This document shows, piece after piece, positions 40,614-57,189 of a DNA stretch of 64,000 bases. How positions within the stretch are numbered: the first letter of the stretch is position 1; each line of letters starts with the position of its first letter. This DNA comes from Marsupella aquatica (Eukaryota > Plantae > Marchantiophyta). The stretch is from positions 14,067,542 through 14,131,541 of the forward strand of contig OZ316896.1 of NCBI GenBank assembly GCA_973895155.1, read 5' to 3'. The notes under the pieces were generated by a model. It was not told the origin of the DNA and made no database searches. It saw only the letters and a program-made list of their open reading frames with translations. Position numbers and translations under genes: made by a program.

Positions 40614-43600
40614 TGCCCTCACGAATAGTGTCCTGCTGATCAGATTCGGTTGCAGCTTGAATGCTGAACTTCTTAGTAAAAGACATAAATCAAACGCTCA
40701 GGAACGACGGCTCGCGACAGACATAGCAGCCTAAGTGCTTACCTTGCTCGAGCTGTGGGGGACAGAGGTTCTCGACTTAGACGACATAGTTCAATTCTGC
40801 CAAAGAGTCGGCCTCAAAACCTGCTGTCCGCTCTACGATTAGTCAGCACAATTCAAGCTTGTCCACTTTGTTACACATGTGTTGCCATGTCTTGAGTCTA
40901 GGCCAAGATCTCGACATCCCTCCGACGAAAGGACACGAGTCAGGGACCCTCTACCAGCTTTGCTATCCCGAGAATCCGACTAAGATGCGACCATAGTCTG
41001 GGAAATTTTGCCAGAGGCCGGGCCCCACCCACGAGCACCGCTCTTTGTTCGTCCTGAAAGCTTTGCGGAAATTGCGGTCAGCTTCACAGTGAAGTTTCCG
41101 AACTAAATCACAGTACTGTATTGTAATTTGTGTAAGTCTTGGTCGACAAGCTGACCAGAGAGTGGGCGCCGGATTCTTTCTTCTGCTGTAGGCCTAATGG
41201 TCTGCTTTGAACACGTTACTCGAGAACCTTTTTGCCGCTCGTTGTCCAGCTTCTCCATCAAGCTTGGCCACCTATTCCAATACAGCCCAGAAGCTATAGT
41301 AGGTCACTAAAGCAGATACAATTGCGACCAGGCTACAGTAGCTGTTCAGCCAAATCGACTCTCCAAAATCTGAAGTATATATACGCACACCAAGTATCTC
41401 TAACAGCGAAATTTAGCAGGGTTCTCGATCGGGCCACCACGGCAGGAATCCTTCGATATTTTAAGTACAATAGTCAGCATGAAAATAGTCAGCATGAACT
41501 CAGCTTTCCCGCGCCATTGCGAGTAGAGGTTTGTGCCTTGGCCGGCAAATTCACGGTCCTCCAACTTTCGAATTTGAAGGCTCGTAAATTTGCCGCCCAA
41601 GTCTCATACCCCTGAATGCATCCGCTTTGATGGACCAGTCAGTGTAGCATTCGATGATTAGCTCGATCGAGCTGCACAACAACTCAAGTCGAGATCGCCA
41701 ATGTGATCTCTTCGTTAACCTCGATCCAGGGAACATCTTGCTTTTAGATTTTAATCTTTGTGACCACTCCGCCAGTCCGCAATCATGACGTCTTATTTCT
41801 GTTTCTTCTCACAGTAAGAGAATCTTAGTATGGAGTGCGTTTTCAAGAGCATGTGAGAATCGAATGCAATTTTTTTCGGGAGATGAATGTCGGTGTTTCT
41901 GTAGATTCTTCTTGTTCCGACCGTTATGTGGTGTTGTAAATAACCGGACTGCAATTGTTGTGCTTGACAAACACAGGGTGTACATCATTGACCTTTTTAG
42001 CATTTGCCTTTGGGACTTAACTTCGTTGCCCCTATGCCTTCTTTCCTCTAGATCTCTCTTGACAAAACTCGGTCGTTGCGATGCTTGTTCGAGTAAGTTT
42101 TTCGAAAAATTGCACGCGATATATACGGATTGGATTTGAGAATCTGGATGATCTATTCTTTTGCTTGATTTTCATCTTCTAGTCCAAATCTGCACTCGAT
42201 ATTTTGGAAACAAGCTAGTGGTCGTAGAAGTAGCTTAAAGGATACAGCAAAATCAGGGGAAACACCGGGATAAGATTTTAGTTCCTGAAATGATTTAGAG
42301 TTGCAGCTCTTAACGTGAGCCTTCAAGGGTCTTTCTGACATCTTTAAATCAGGCAAATTGTGAGGAGAAGCTCCACAAATTATTCGTTTACTTTTTCGTC
42401 CTGACTTGTTCACTCTACGAACTTCATTACAGTTTTTTCAACAGACCAATGTTCACCAAGTTCCCACCAGGCCATCATTACCTGTTGCGAGACGGGATAA
42501 CACTACGTATTCCAAGAGCCAATTGGCCTGGGTCTGATGGCTCGCCTGGCAGCTAGGGGAGTTGATATCTTGCAGCTAGTCCAGACTGTTTATCCCAACT
42601 GTAGATATTTTTAAGAAATTTATGTCAGCCAATAACAGTATCATCTTTGTTGGCAACTTATACGATTTCTTCCGCATTTTCCACAACGAATCTGAAACTC
42701 ACCGTTGTCACGAGATGAAGCTTCTCGTGGGTTGTGTCCTGTTGAGGCCCGTCACCGTCTAGAAGTATTCTGCTGAGTGGAGAGTGCATCACATTTGTTG
42801 TGGGAGAAATTATGCATGAATTTGATTCATGCATTAGATTTGTCGTGGGAGAACTCTGCCAAAAGTACTAGAAGTCCATAGAATAAATCTTTCTGAAACG
42901 GCAACTTCCTCACCCCCAGGCCGTTGCCACGAGACTCCGAAATCTGACTACGCAGCGACTTTCCCAAACTTCCAGCAAGAATCCCGTGGCCTCATTTGCA
43001 CCGGAAGACCCAGACACATAGAACCACCTCTCATTCCCACTAACAACACCACCAACAAGAGCCATGTCTGACTGGATTCATACGGGAGTATGGACGGTAA
43101 CCATGCAAAGCGTTGGGACTTGGTGTCAGTTGAATCACGGGAACTATCACATGAAACCTACGATCCGGCTAGCAATGGACTTGTGAATCCGAATCGGACA
43201 TCACAAAAGGTACCAGAGTCAACTATGATTCTGTTGGAGTTGGGATGCTCCCAGCGCACGGGGACAACCTGGTGGAAGGAATCTCGGGCATTCTGTCGGC
43301 GCTGGAGTGCATCATTCTACCACGGGGGCAGGTCCGCCGGTGGATTCTAAGCAAACAGCATTCACATTATTCCATCTAGTTCTTTTCGCCAAGATCCACC
43401 CAAGGAGAAGGCTTCCATTTACAATTGGAAACCGTTTCTCTGAACCGAGAACAGACAGAACGAGACTAGGACAATAAACAATACTTTATGAAAGGCAAAC
43501 CCAACAGAACAGTTGTTTCATGCCAACAACAAATAAAGCCACCAGCGTAGAGTTCCCAAATCCCAACCATTCTCCCAATCAAACATTATTCTCTGGACCG

Positions 43601-44604
43601 TCATGGCTTGGAAAGGGAATATCCCCAATCCGGTACAGTAGTAGTAGTGGTGGTCAGAGGAGGAAGACGTCTTCGTGAGTCTGGCATTGGAAGAACTCTT
43701 GCCAAAGGCGAAGGGAGAGAGAGCTAATGGAGAAACATGCAGTTGATCTCCGGCGTTATGGAAGAGCTCCTCCCACTCCCAAAGTGATTCAAGGAGTAGA
43801 AACAATGAAAAAGCCGATGTCGCAGGCTGCTGAAGGGTTCGGGGCAGTTATAACCGTTGCGAGAAAGGAGACTCGCATGAACGCCGGCCGCTGGACGAAA
43901 AGATTCAGAGTACAGCCCCCCTCGAGAGAGAGAGGGGGAGGAAGAGAAGCGGAGGAAGGAAAGGAGGGGAAGCAAGCGAATGGAAGGGAGCGGCAGCAGC
44001 AGCAGCGAAGGTGTTGGGGGAACGAAAGTCGGGAGGAGAATACAGCGAAGCAGACCGTTCGATCCAGATTCGAAGAGATGGAAGGAGAGCTGAGCACAGT
44101 AGCTCCACAAGATCCAGGTGGATGGTAGATTGCTGTAGATCGCATCGATCGAATCGTCCATCGTCCATCGTCCTCTCTTGGTGGTGAGTCGCTCCTAAGC
44201 GAATGGGAACATGTTGGAGCAGCACCTCGGGACATCGCGCATTGTTCTCGATGGAAGGAAAGTTGGAAAGTGTCAGTTCTCATGGACAGGCTTAGCTTCA
44301 AACGAGAGAATACTGACGGCAAGAATCTGTCAGAAGAGGGGAGGAGAGGTGATTGGCGATGAGGCAGCGGTGAGCTCGTAGCAGAAGAACATGGTGAGGT
44401 GCACGAGAATGACTGCTTTGTCGTAGGAAGTGAACTGAAGTGCAGCGGAGCGAAGAGAGAACGGACAGAATCGGGAAGCAAACAGATAAGTGGAGAAGAG
44501 TGACGGACATTGCAGAGGGGAAGTAAACAAATTATCGTCGAAGGGGTGCTGGATCGGGCTCTACATCCGGATCCATGCATCCCTACAGACGGTTGCGGGT
44601 GGCG

Positions 44605-45273
44605 ATGGCGTCGGCGCCGGGGACGGCCGCTTGCGCAGCCTGCCGTGTGCTACGGAGGAAGTGCACGGCGCAGTGCCTTTTTGCACCATACTTTCCGCCT
44701 GATCAGCCCCAGAAGTTTGCTCATGTGCACAAGGTGTTTGGCGTTGCGAATGTGACCAAAATGCTACACGAGCTGCCTCCACCTCATCGAGAGGATTGTG
44801 TCAACTCGCTGGCCTACGAGGCGGATGCGAGAGTGCAAGATCCCGTGTACGGATGTGTAGGAGCCATCTCCGTGTTGCAGCAGCAAGTGGCTCATCTCCA
44901 GACGCAGCTCTCTCTTGCCACTTCGGAAATTGCCCGGCTTCGAGAGACTTTTGCAATTGCGGCTGCGGCCTCCACTCACAACAACGCGGTCTCAGGCGGC
45001 ACACCTGCTAACGGCAATGGCAATGGTAATGGAAATATAACGAACGCCGGAAGTAATCTGTTCATGACAGCATTGCAGCCTTCCTCGCGCTCCTCTCCCC
45101 CTCACTGCTCTGTCGCCAACGGCATTTCGAACTCCACCATCAGCCTCGATCAGGAATCTCCCCAAGAGCTTATACGCCCTGCCAGCAATGCTAACGGCGG
45201 CATAAACACAAACGGCAGTAAGACTAATAGCGAAAACGAAATAACTCTTGTTCCTGCCTCAAGGCCAGCTTGA
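44605..45273 (+). CDS. LOB-domain (LBD/ASL) transcription factor, class I
   Basis: C-block CAACRVLRRKCTAQC, then LFAPYFPP, FAHVHKVFGVANVTKML, NSLAYEADARVQDPVYGCVGAI and a leucine zipper. Start could be 44575 or 44605, or lie in an upstream exon. Confidence 0.95.
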   Translation: MASAPGTAACAACRVLRRKCTAQCLFAPYFPPDQPQKFAHVHKVFGVANVTKMLHELPPPHREDCVNSLAYEADARVQDPVYGCVGAISVLQQQVAHLQTQLSLATSEIARLRETFAIAAAASTHNNAVSGGTPANGNGNGNGNITNAGSNLFMTALQPSSRSSPPHCSVANGISNSTISLDQESPQELIRPASNANGGINTNGSKTNSENEITLVPASRPA

Positions 45274-45994
45274 AATCTTCGGTATCTACATGCCCCAATT
45301 CTCCAGCAGTTTTGATCCACAGCGAGAAATTTGACGAGACAGCGGCACTTGGTATATCTCCAAAGAGGTGCTTCAACGAGGACTTTCTCTCGACCCACAA
45401 GAAGTAGAGACAGCAGAAGTGAACGCAATCAAATCTTTAGAAAAACTTTCTGGAGTCCAATTGGTCCCAGTCTAATGGACAGAATAAGCAAAACAATGAT
45501 TAAAGCCAGCTTTCCAGACTCTGCCACTCTCAGTGATTAAGTAATCGCATTCAAAACTGAGACTGGACGGAATCTTTTCCCAATAGTGCTGTCCATTACT
45601 TGTTCAATTCATCTCGTTGCTCTCCATTAAACTCAGGATTCGATTGTTGTAAGTTCTTTTCCTCCCATCCAACTGAATTGTGATACAGTCCGCGTGTCGA
45701 TTCATTTTAGGCCTCTAGACCCTGACCACGAGATCGCACTGCCCTCGAGATCAACAGCATCAGTGGAATCACAAATCTGATTGTTTTATACGTGGCAATC
45801 AGCTCCTGGCAACCAATAGCGGGTAGACCCGTTCCGTAAGCGTTTTTTTGGGTGACCCGGAAGCTAAATTCATTGCCATGATGCGTAACCTAAGCACCGG
45901 ATTTCTATTACTTGCCTATCTGCATAAGAATTCAAACTCCACATTCATCGCCCAAGTTGAATTGGGTGCCTGAGGTAAACCCAGGCTCACTGTT

Positions 45995-46453
45995 TCACAT
46001 TCTTTGCCGCTTCCCTGCAGGAGACATCGCTGCCTCCTGGTTGTCATTGTCAGGACTGTCTCTGTTTAAGGAGTCAGCGGCTCCTGCTGCCTCGTCGCAA
46101 TCCTGTCTTTGACGCACCTCATTCGGTCCTTTCTTTCGTCGCGATCGCTCGTCCTTGTTCTTCTTCGAATTTTTAGCCAGCTCTCGAACTAGCGGCATCA
46201 GTTTCGCAGCTACATCAGGATTCCTGCGAGCACTGAGAAGCACATCATCCATGTTCACAGTCTTCCGTCCGGCATGCTGTGCAAACAGTTCCAAATCCCG
46301 GGCCAATATCTCCATGTACTGAACAGTCATGTTCCCCATCGCTTTCATGACTGGCACATTTATCGTCATCTGCAGCTTCTTTGCTTCCTCTTCCGCAATC
46401 GCCACCGCAGAGCAGAGTATCCGTGCATGCAATTCATTGTTCTCCAGATCCAT
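45995..46453 (-). CDS. MHF1: MHF1 / CENP-S histone-fold protein, single exon
   Basis: LARDLELFAQHAGRKTVNMDDVLLSARRN is the CENP-S/MHF1 signature; basic C-terminal tail. Confidence 0.9.
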   Translation of the reverse strand: MDLENNELHARILCSAVAIAEEEAKKLQMTINVPVMKAMGNMTVQYMEILARDLELFAQHAGRKTVNMDDVLLSARRNPDVAAKLMPLVRELAKNSKKNKDERSRRKKGPNEVRQRQDCDEAAGAADSLNRDSPDNDNQEAAMSPAGKRQRM

Positions 46454-46964
46454 CCCGTTTTGTCACTATTGTCGGAACTATCCCATATTCACGAGCCCCG
46501 CAAACAACGAACCGATTGCACAAACATCTCCTGTCCCTACGAACATTTCTTCGCGGCAAATTCACTCGCCATTCCACCACGCGAGCCCTTTCCAGAGAAT
46601 TCTACAGCAATCGAAAACGCCGTCCTAGGTTTCAAACCGAATGGATCAGGATTGCTCATTCACCAAGAGACCATCTGTAAGAAGGCAACGAGCACTGACT
46701 CAAAGAGCTGTCCCAAAATCCCAGTCATGGAAATGGTTGAGTCGACTACCAGACCAAAATCGTGTCTAGATTTAGGTTTCAAATTTGCTCTCATCGAAGG
46801 AAGTGGTCAATTTTCCCGCGGAAATTTGCCCCTGGCAATTGAATTCGCAGGGCGGTTCCATGGGGTAAAGTATGGTTATGAGAACCGACCCTACCCCTGT
46901 AAGCTGGGGGTGTCATAGTTCCATGCCCTCTCCCAAAAACGACCGTATTGCACCACTTTTAACA

Positions 46965-47147
46965 GAGGTATTTGTTTGATCCACCCCCAAAATGAAACTT
47001 GTTACTTGGTCTACCTCCTGAGGTTTATCAACGGTCCAGATCTGAGATCAAAAGGTCCATCAACGATCCAGATTGGGGAAAAGTATCAAGGGGGTTGAAT
47101 AAGCAAACTTTTTGTAGACTGGAGGGGGTCTACTAAGCATATCTCTC
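46965..47147. mobile_element. Mutator-like MITE (183 bp) with 9-bp TSD CTTTTAACA
   Basis: CTTTTAACA at 46956-46964 and 47148-47156. Imperfect TIRs: GAGGTATTTGTTTGATCCACCCCC / GGGGGTCTACTAAGCATATCTCTC. Confidence 0.75.
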
Positions 47148-49399
47148 CTTTTAACATGGTACAGTTATTACAAAGGTACTTTATCTATCGAGCTACTCTG
47201 TAGGTGACTTATTAGGGCGGCCTTGCATGTAAACCGTCCTCAAAAACACTGTCCTTACCACTCCATGAATAACAGGATTTATATTCTCTTGTCATGCTAT
47301 ATATGAGGTGCACAATTGCTTTTCTTGTCTATATTGGTTTTTGTTTTTTGTCATTCCTTGATTTTGTTTTCTGTTTCATTCTGATTCTAAAGGACTGGAC
47401 CTGAAGGGCTGCAAAGTTTCCTGCCCTTGCCTTTGGTTCTCCACTTGTATGCCATAAGCCCTGCCTGAAGAGTAGGTTCCTTTGAGTCAATATGTTACTG
47501 CCATCTCTGGAGTTGAGGACCAGAAAACTAAGGACCTCACACACGCAAGAGGGCTCTAAGCTCTTTCACAATTTTATCTTATCTAGTTCCAATTATCTAA
47601 GGAACTCAATTTTCCTGTGGAAACTCTTGTCTACAATTTGCACTTGAATTCAGAGGGTGGTTCCACGGGGATAATATACCAGAACATCTGCTGAGGGTGT
47701 CACCGGTCCTTGCCCTCTCCGAAAAGGATGTATTGCTCGACTTTCCAACAAGGTACAATTATTATTTAAAGAGCTTAAACAAAAAATCACTCCAACAATA
47801 GTCACATTATTGGGTTGTAATTGTCACACCATTCTGGGTGGTAATATAGTGTATTATATATACTATCTAGGTGGGGCTTTCATATGTGTGTTACCTGTTA
47901 GCCAGTGCTTTAGGGTTAGTGTAAGGTGATAGTTATCCCTTTGTGTTGGATTCAAGGCCTCATCTTTTGATGTTGAGCCTTTGAGCATGAGCTCTGGCGA
48001 CTATGGTGTGATTGGTCAGGTTGTGCATGTGACACAATCAGATTCCTTGAAGGGCTTGATATATGGTCATCTCGAACATGATCGATTGTGTGTTGTTGGT
48101 GTCGATTGGCATCCAATTCATGAAGATTATTGTGGGTTTTTGGTATGTGTGAACATGAGTTTCACTTGTACTTCATTCTCTTATGTTTGTGATTTTGGAT
48201 TGTGCCTATGTGTGTCATTACAACCCATAACTTACTCAGGAATAAGGGTTATCCTACACTTCACGCCTTTTGTGAGTTTTCCCTTTGTATTTTCCAATGC
48301 ATTCTTGGAGAAGAATACCTGGTGTGGATCATCTTTTGAGAAATATTTCTCTTCTACTTTACAAAAATTCATGAAAATAGAAATCTCTCAGGCCTTTAAT
48401 TAAGTGTATTAAGGTACTGTTTCCAAACCATCATGGGCAATTATTGTAATAGTCCCTCAAACTCAAGTGAGAGCTCCCAGTTTGTGGGACATTATATCCC
48501 ACAATACCCTACATACATGATCCCTTAAACCCCCAACAAGCAAGAGAGTTACAAAGCTCAAAAGGAATCAACAATATTTGGAGCCAAGGTTGAGAGTCAA
48601 GATTGCTTCGTCCAAACAAGAAATGCAAGTCATAGAGAGTTGCCATACATACATTCCCTACTTCTCATCCCACTTGAAGCCTTCACTATATTTTGTAGGG
48701 GTGAGGCAGTTGGTGTTAGGGACTCTAGTCGGGATTCCTTTGCTTGACCCTCCTATGCACTCACTCCGTAACTCTACCAGGCTCTTGAATTTGCAGATTG
48801 CTAAGACTTACATTTTCATGTTCCTTGGTGTTGTTGTGTTGGGCTTCTCCATGGGTCCTTCAAGCCTTTTTCCTGTTTGGTCTGCCTCCCTTTGATCGGG
48901 TCTTTTGCCTGAGGGAGCATGTCTCCCTTTTGGACACCTTCTGTTTTTTGGCAGTTGGATATATATATGGATAGAGATAGTGATTCTCCCTCGGTTCATT
49001 CATTTTCAGCTTGAATCATTTTCACAAGAGCACCATAGCACTGGAACTGAATCTAACTAATAAAGAAAAATCAAAAGCCACTCCTGGGCCTATTGTCTAG
49101 AGACCCCGACTCTACTGGAGGGTAGAACTAGTGGGGGTGCATACATAAGACAGGGATAGGGACAAAGTTGAACACAAAAAACCATGGAATTCTTCTTTAG
49201 GCAAGTTTTTTTCTCCTCCTCATATGTACTTACATTCAAGGAACAAGTAATCTACTAATACAAAGCAATGGACAGCGTTTTACTGCCTAGAGTTTCTCTA
49301 GACAGTAACTCAAACATAAACATAATTTTTTTTTCTACTCTACTCTATTTATGTCCAAAGGATAGGTAATCAGGCTAGTTGGGCTAGTTTTTACACATA

Positions 49400-50065
49400 G
49401 GATAATGAAGGTTTGGTCTAGGGTTACTAGCCTGTAACCCTGTGACCAGAAAGTGAGGAAATACTGATTGGTGGGAACCGGGAGGTTTTCCTGACCTTTG
49501 TGGGAAATGGGTTTCAGACTAGAACCCCAACCCAAAGAGTTTTTATCATAAGTAATACCCAGTGTATTTTTTAAGGTTTTTACTTTTTTGCCAGAGTGGT
49601 AAATGTCCAGTGTGTGAAGGAGAAGATGCTCAAAATCTTCCTTATCTGATGATTTTCCTGACCTTCAGATCTCCCTAGATTAAGGATGACCGTTAGATTC
49701 TGGCTAATGGGACTTGTGATTAGGTGGAACACTAGCTGATGAGACAAAAATTTGCCAAAAATGGGGAAAGCTTTTTGGGGAGGTGGAATTTGGTGAAAAT
49801 TTGCCACTGAGAAAAAAGTTGGTAATATCTGTTTGGAAAAACCAGTACTACTTTTTCGGGCACAGGGTTATGTATAGGGTAGTGACGGATTGGTCTGGCG
49901 TTACTAGTCAATAACCTTGTGACCAGAAAGTGAGGAAATGCTGACCAGTGGCAGTCGGGAAATTTTCTGAGCTTTGTGGGAACGGGTTTCAGACAGTAAC
50001 CCCAGCCCAAACATTCATTATCATACTTAATACCTGTCCAGAAAAAGATTACAGGGCAAGACTTT
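49400..50065 (-). repeat. Two inverted copies of the 12085-12300 repeat family
   Basis: TGTGACCAGAAAGTGAGGAAAT.CTGA at ~49441 and ~49918, each followed by CTTTGTGGGAA..GGTTTCAGAC. Confidence 0.75.
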
Positions 50066-50652
50066 ATGGGCAAGACTTTATGGGCAGAAAAGGTTAAGGT
50101 AACCTTTCTTCCTCACAAGAATGATGTAAATTGTACCTAGCACCTAGAAGAAAAGGTTACACACTGGAATTACGTCCAAGGGGTAATGAGGCCACTCTAG
50201 TGGGGCTAGTTTTGCAAAGGCGAGGAGGGACGGAAGGAGGTGGCGGCTGGTTATTGGATGCTTCTTCGCGGAGTGGAGTGGTGATGGTTCGAGTCGAGCA
50301 TGGTGTTGATGTGGGTTCCGTCATCGTCGTTCAGATGAATTTCCTGGGGATGCCTTTTTAGTCCTCTGTACTACTCGGACTCTCGTTCGGCTGCTCCTTA
50401 TTTCGGTGGGATTTGTATGAACGAACGAATGAATGGTTGAATGTACAACCTCGCCTCCGTTCGCTGTCGAGGCTAGTCTATCCGTTTCCCTTAGCGAAGA
50501 GTGCGGAGGAGAAGCGACGCCTGTGTTAGCTTGCTGAACTGCATCATCAGAAAGTTTCGTCCTCTCAGCTGCGCTTGTGTGGGTGATTTTCGTTCAACCT
50601 CTCATTCCCATAGCTTCGCTCTCTGGCTGCGGCTCCACCGCTCTTGGAACTG

Positions 50653-55418
<4,766 letters not shown>

Positions 55419-57189
55419 GTACTTCCTTGTAGAAGTAAAGCCTACTCAATATCTACCATGTGTACTGGGGAGCCAATTAATAAAAACAAATCTGGTGCGC
55501 ATTTGGGTTTGAAAACGTTCCATGTCTGATGGCCAACTTTAAGTGGTGTAATGGCCACGGGTTCTTTCAATGTATTATGTGCTGTTGGTTGCGATTGATA
55601 CAAGAGGTAGTAACTGCGTAAGTTGTGTTGGTAGGGACAATGACCCTATTCATATAAGCTTTTCAAGGAGCTGCTTTTTTGACTGATTCTTTGAATGTTG
55701 AGAGATCATTTTGTTTCTGTAGTGTAGGGCTAGAATCGAGACCCTTTCTCTCCGTGCATTTTGTGGTTATGTTCGTCTGAAATCTCTTATGTGGATAATT
55801 CATGGCTATTTCTTGTTTTCTGCGTGTGAGGATATTGTGTTTAGTGCTCATCGTGCTTTTGGGAAGGACGGGTACCATCGTCTGTGTACTGACTTTAAGC
55901 CGAAGCCGGAAGGGTCGAAGAAGGTCTATAAATCTGGGCAGAGACTACAATACAGAAATTGTAAGAACACTTCATGTCTACAGAAAAGACACAGCGACAA
56001 GTTCTGGATCCCTCGTCCAATACCGTCAAAAAAAATTTGCTTGGACCTAACAGACTACACAACTTGGCTTGCGATGCAACCAAAGCTAAGATACCAGCCA
56101 TTCAATACAACTGGAAGTGACTGAAATCATAAAAAGGTCTATGTTAATAGGACGACAGCGGATAACATTTCAAGGCTATACCCGACGATGCAGGAGGTCA
56201 TAGGAACGCAGTCAAACATATCTGGATAAAGATTCTTCACAATCCTTGGGCCTCATAGAGTCCCAACCGTCTCGGAATCTCCCCTTCTTTAACTGAGGAA
56301 ATTGGACGGAATCCCCCAGTCTTTAACTGAAAAAAAGTGTAGCAAATCTGGATACTATTCAATTGTAAAAAAGCATCGACTTTCATAGACACCCAGTTTC
56401 GGTCTTGGGTAGCTGCCAGTAATTGGCGGTACAAATGCTATTCAATGTACAAAGAATTTCAATTTTTTTACATATATTACAATTGCCTGCCTAGGGAGGA
56501 CTTATCCCCTGAAAATGGCTAGTACTACCTCACGAATTTCTCTTGCTCAAGTTCTTGAACACGATCGACCGGGTGTAACACCTCACTTCTCAGTCCATGT
56601 ACATTGCCTATGCAGATAAAACTGGGGCACCCAAAAACTGTGGGATCTAACTCCATTGGTTCTGAGCTAATGGAGCATACCCGGCTGGTTCTTGAGCACC
56701 ATCTACTAGGTGCAATTGCTTGGTTCTGGGGTCTACGAACACAATGTCTCGCATACTTCCAAATACATCTCCTGCCTTCAAAAATGCATAGGATACAAGC
56801 ACAAAAGGCCTGCCGGTCATCCTCAGATGCTCAGTTCCCAGACTTTCCTTTTTCACACCATAAGGCCATTTGCTGCGCAGCAATTCATATAGGATGCACC
56901 GAAGATCTTCACGGGAGTAGTTAATTTTTCCATAGCTTCTCCTTCCCTGCCACAGATGCAAAGGCGGCATTTTATTACTAAGAAACATTTTGGAAGAAAA
57001 GGCATTTTAGGTCCAAAGTCGACTTCCTACATCAATTTAGTGGAAAACTGAACTACCATTTTTAGGTACAATACAGTCGAATGTCGTTTCCTTCTTTATG
57101 TTCCACAAATGCAGCAGAGGTATCTCCCTCATCCTTCCAGTTAAGAGCTGGTCTAGTGATGGTACCACTGGCGTCTGCAATCAGCTTCA

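Noticed and set aside
39552-40734. Overlapping alternative-frame and antisense ORFs
   Set aside because: Shadows of the GC-rich GHR CDS.
43789-44580. 263-aa minus-strand ORF
   Set aside because: Ser/Pro/Leu-rich product of CT-skewed low-complexity DNA; no domain recognised.
46274-46918. 214-aa plus-strand ORF
   Set aside because: Antisense to MHF1 and runs into repeat DNA; no recognisable motif.
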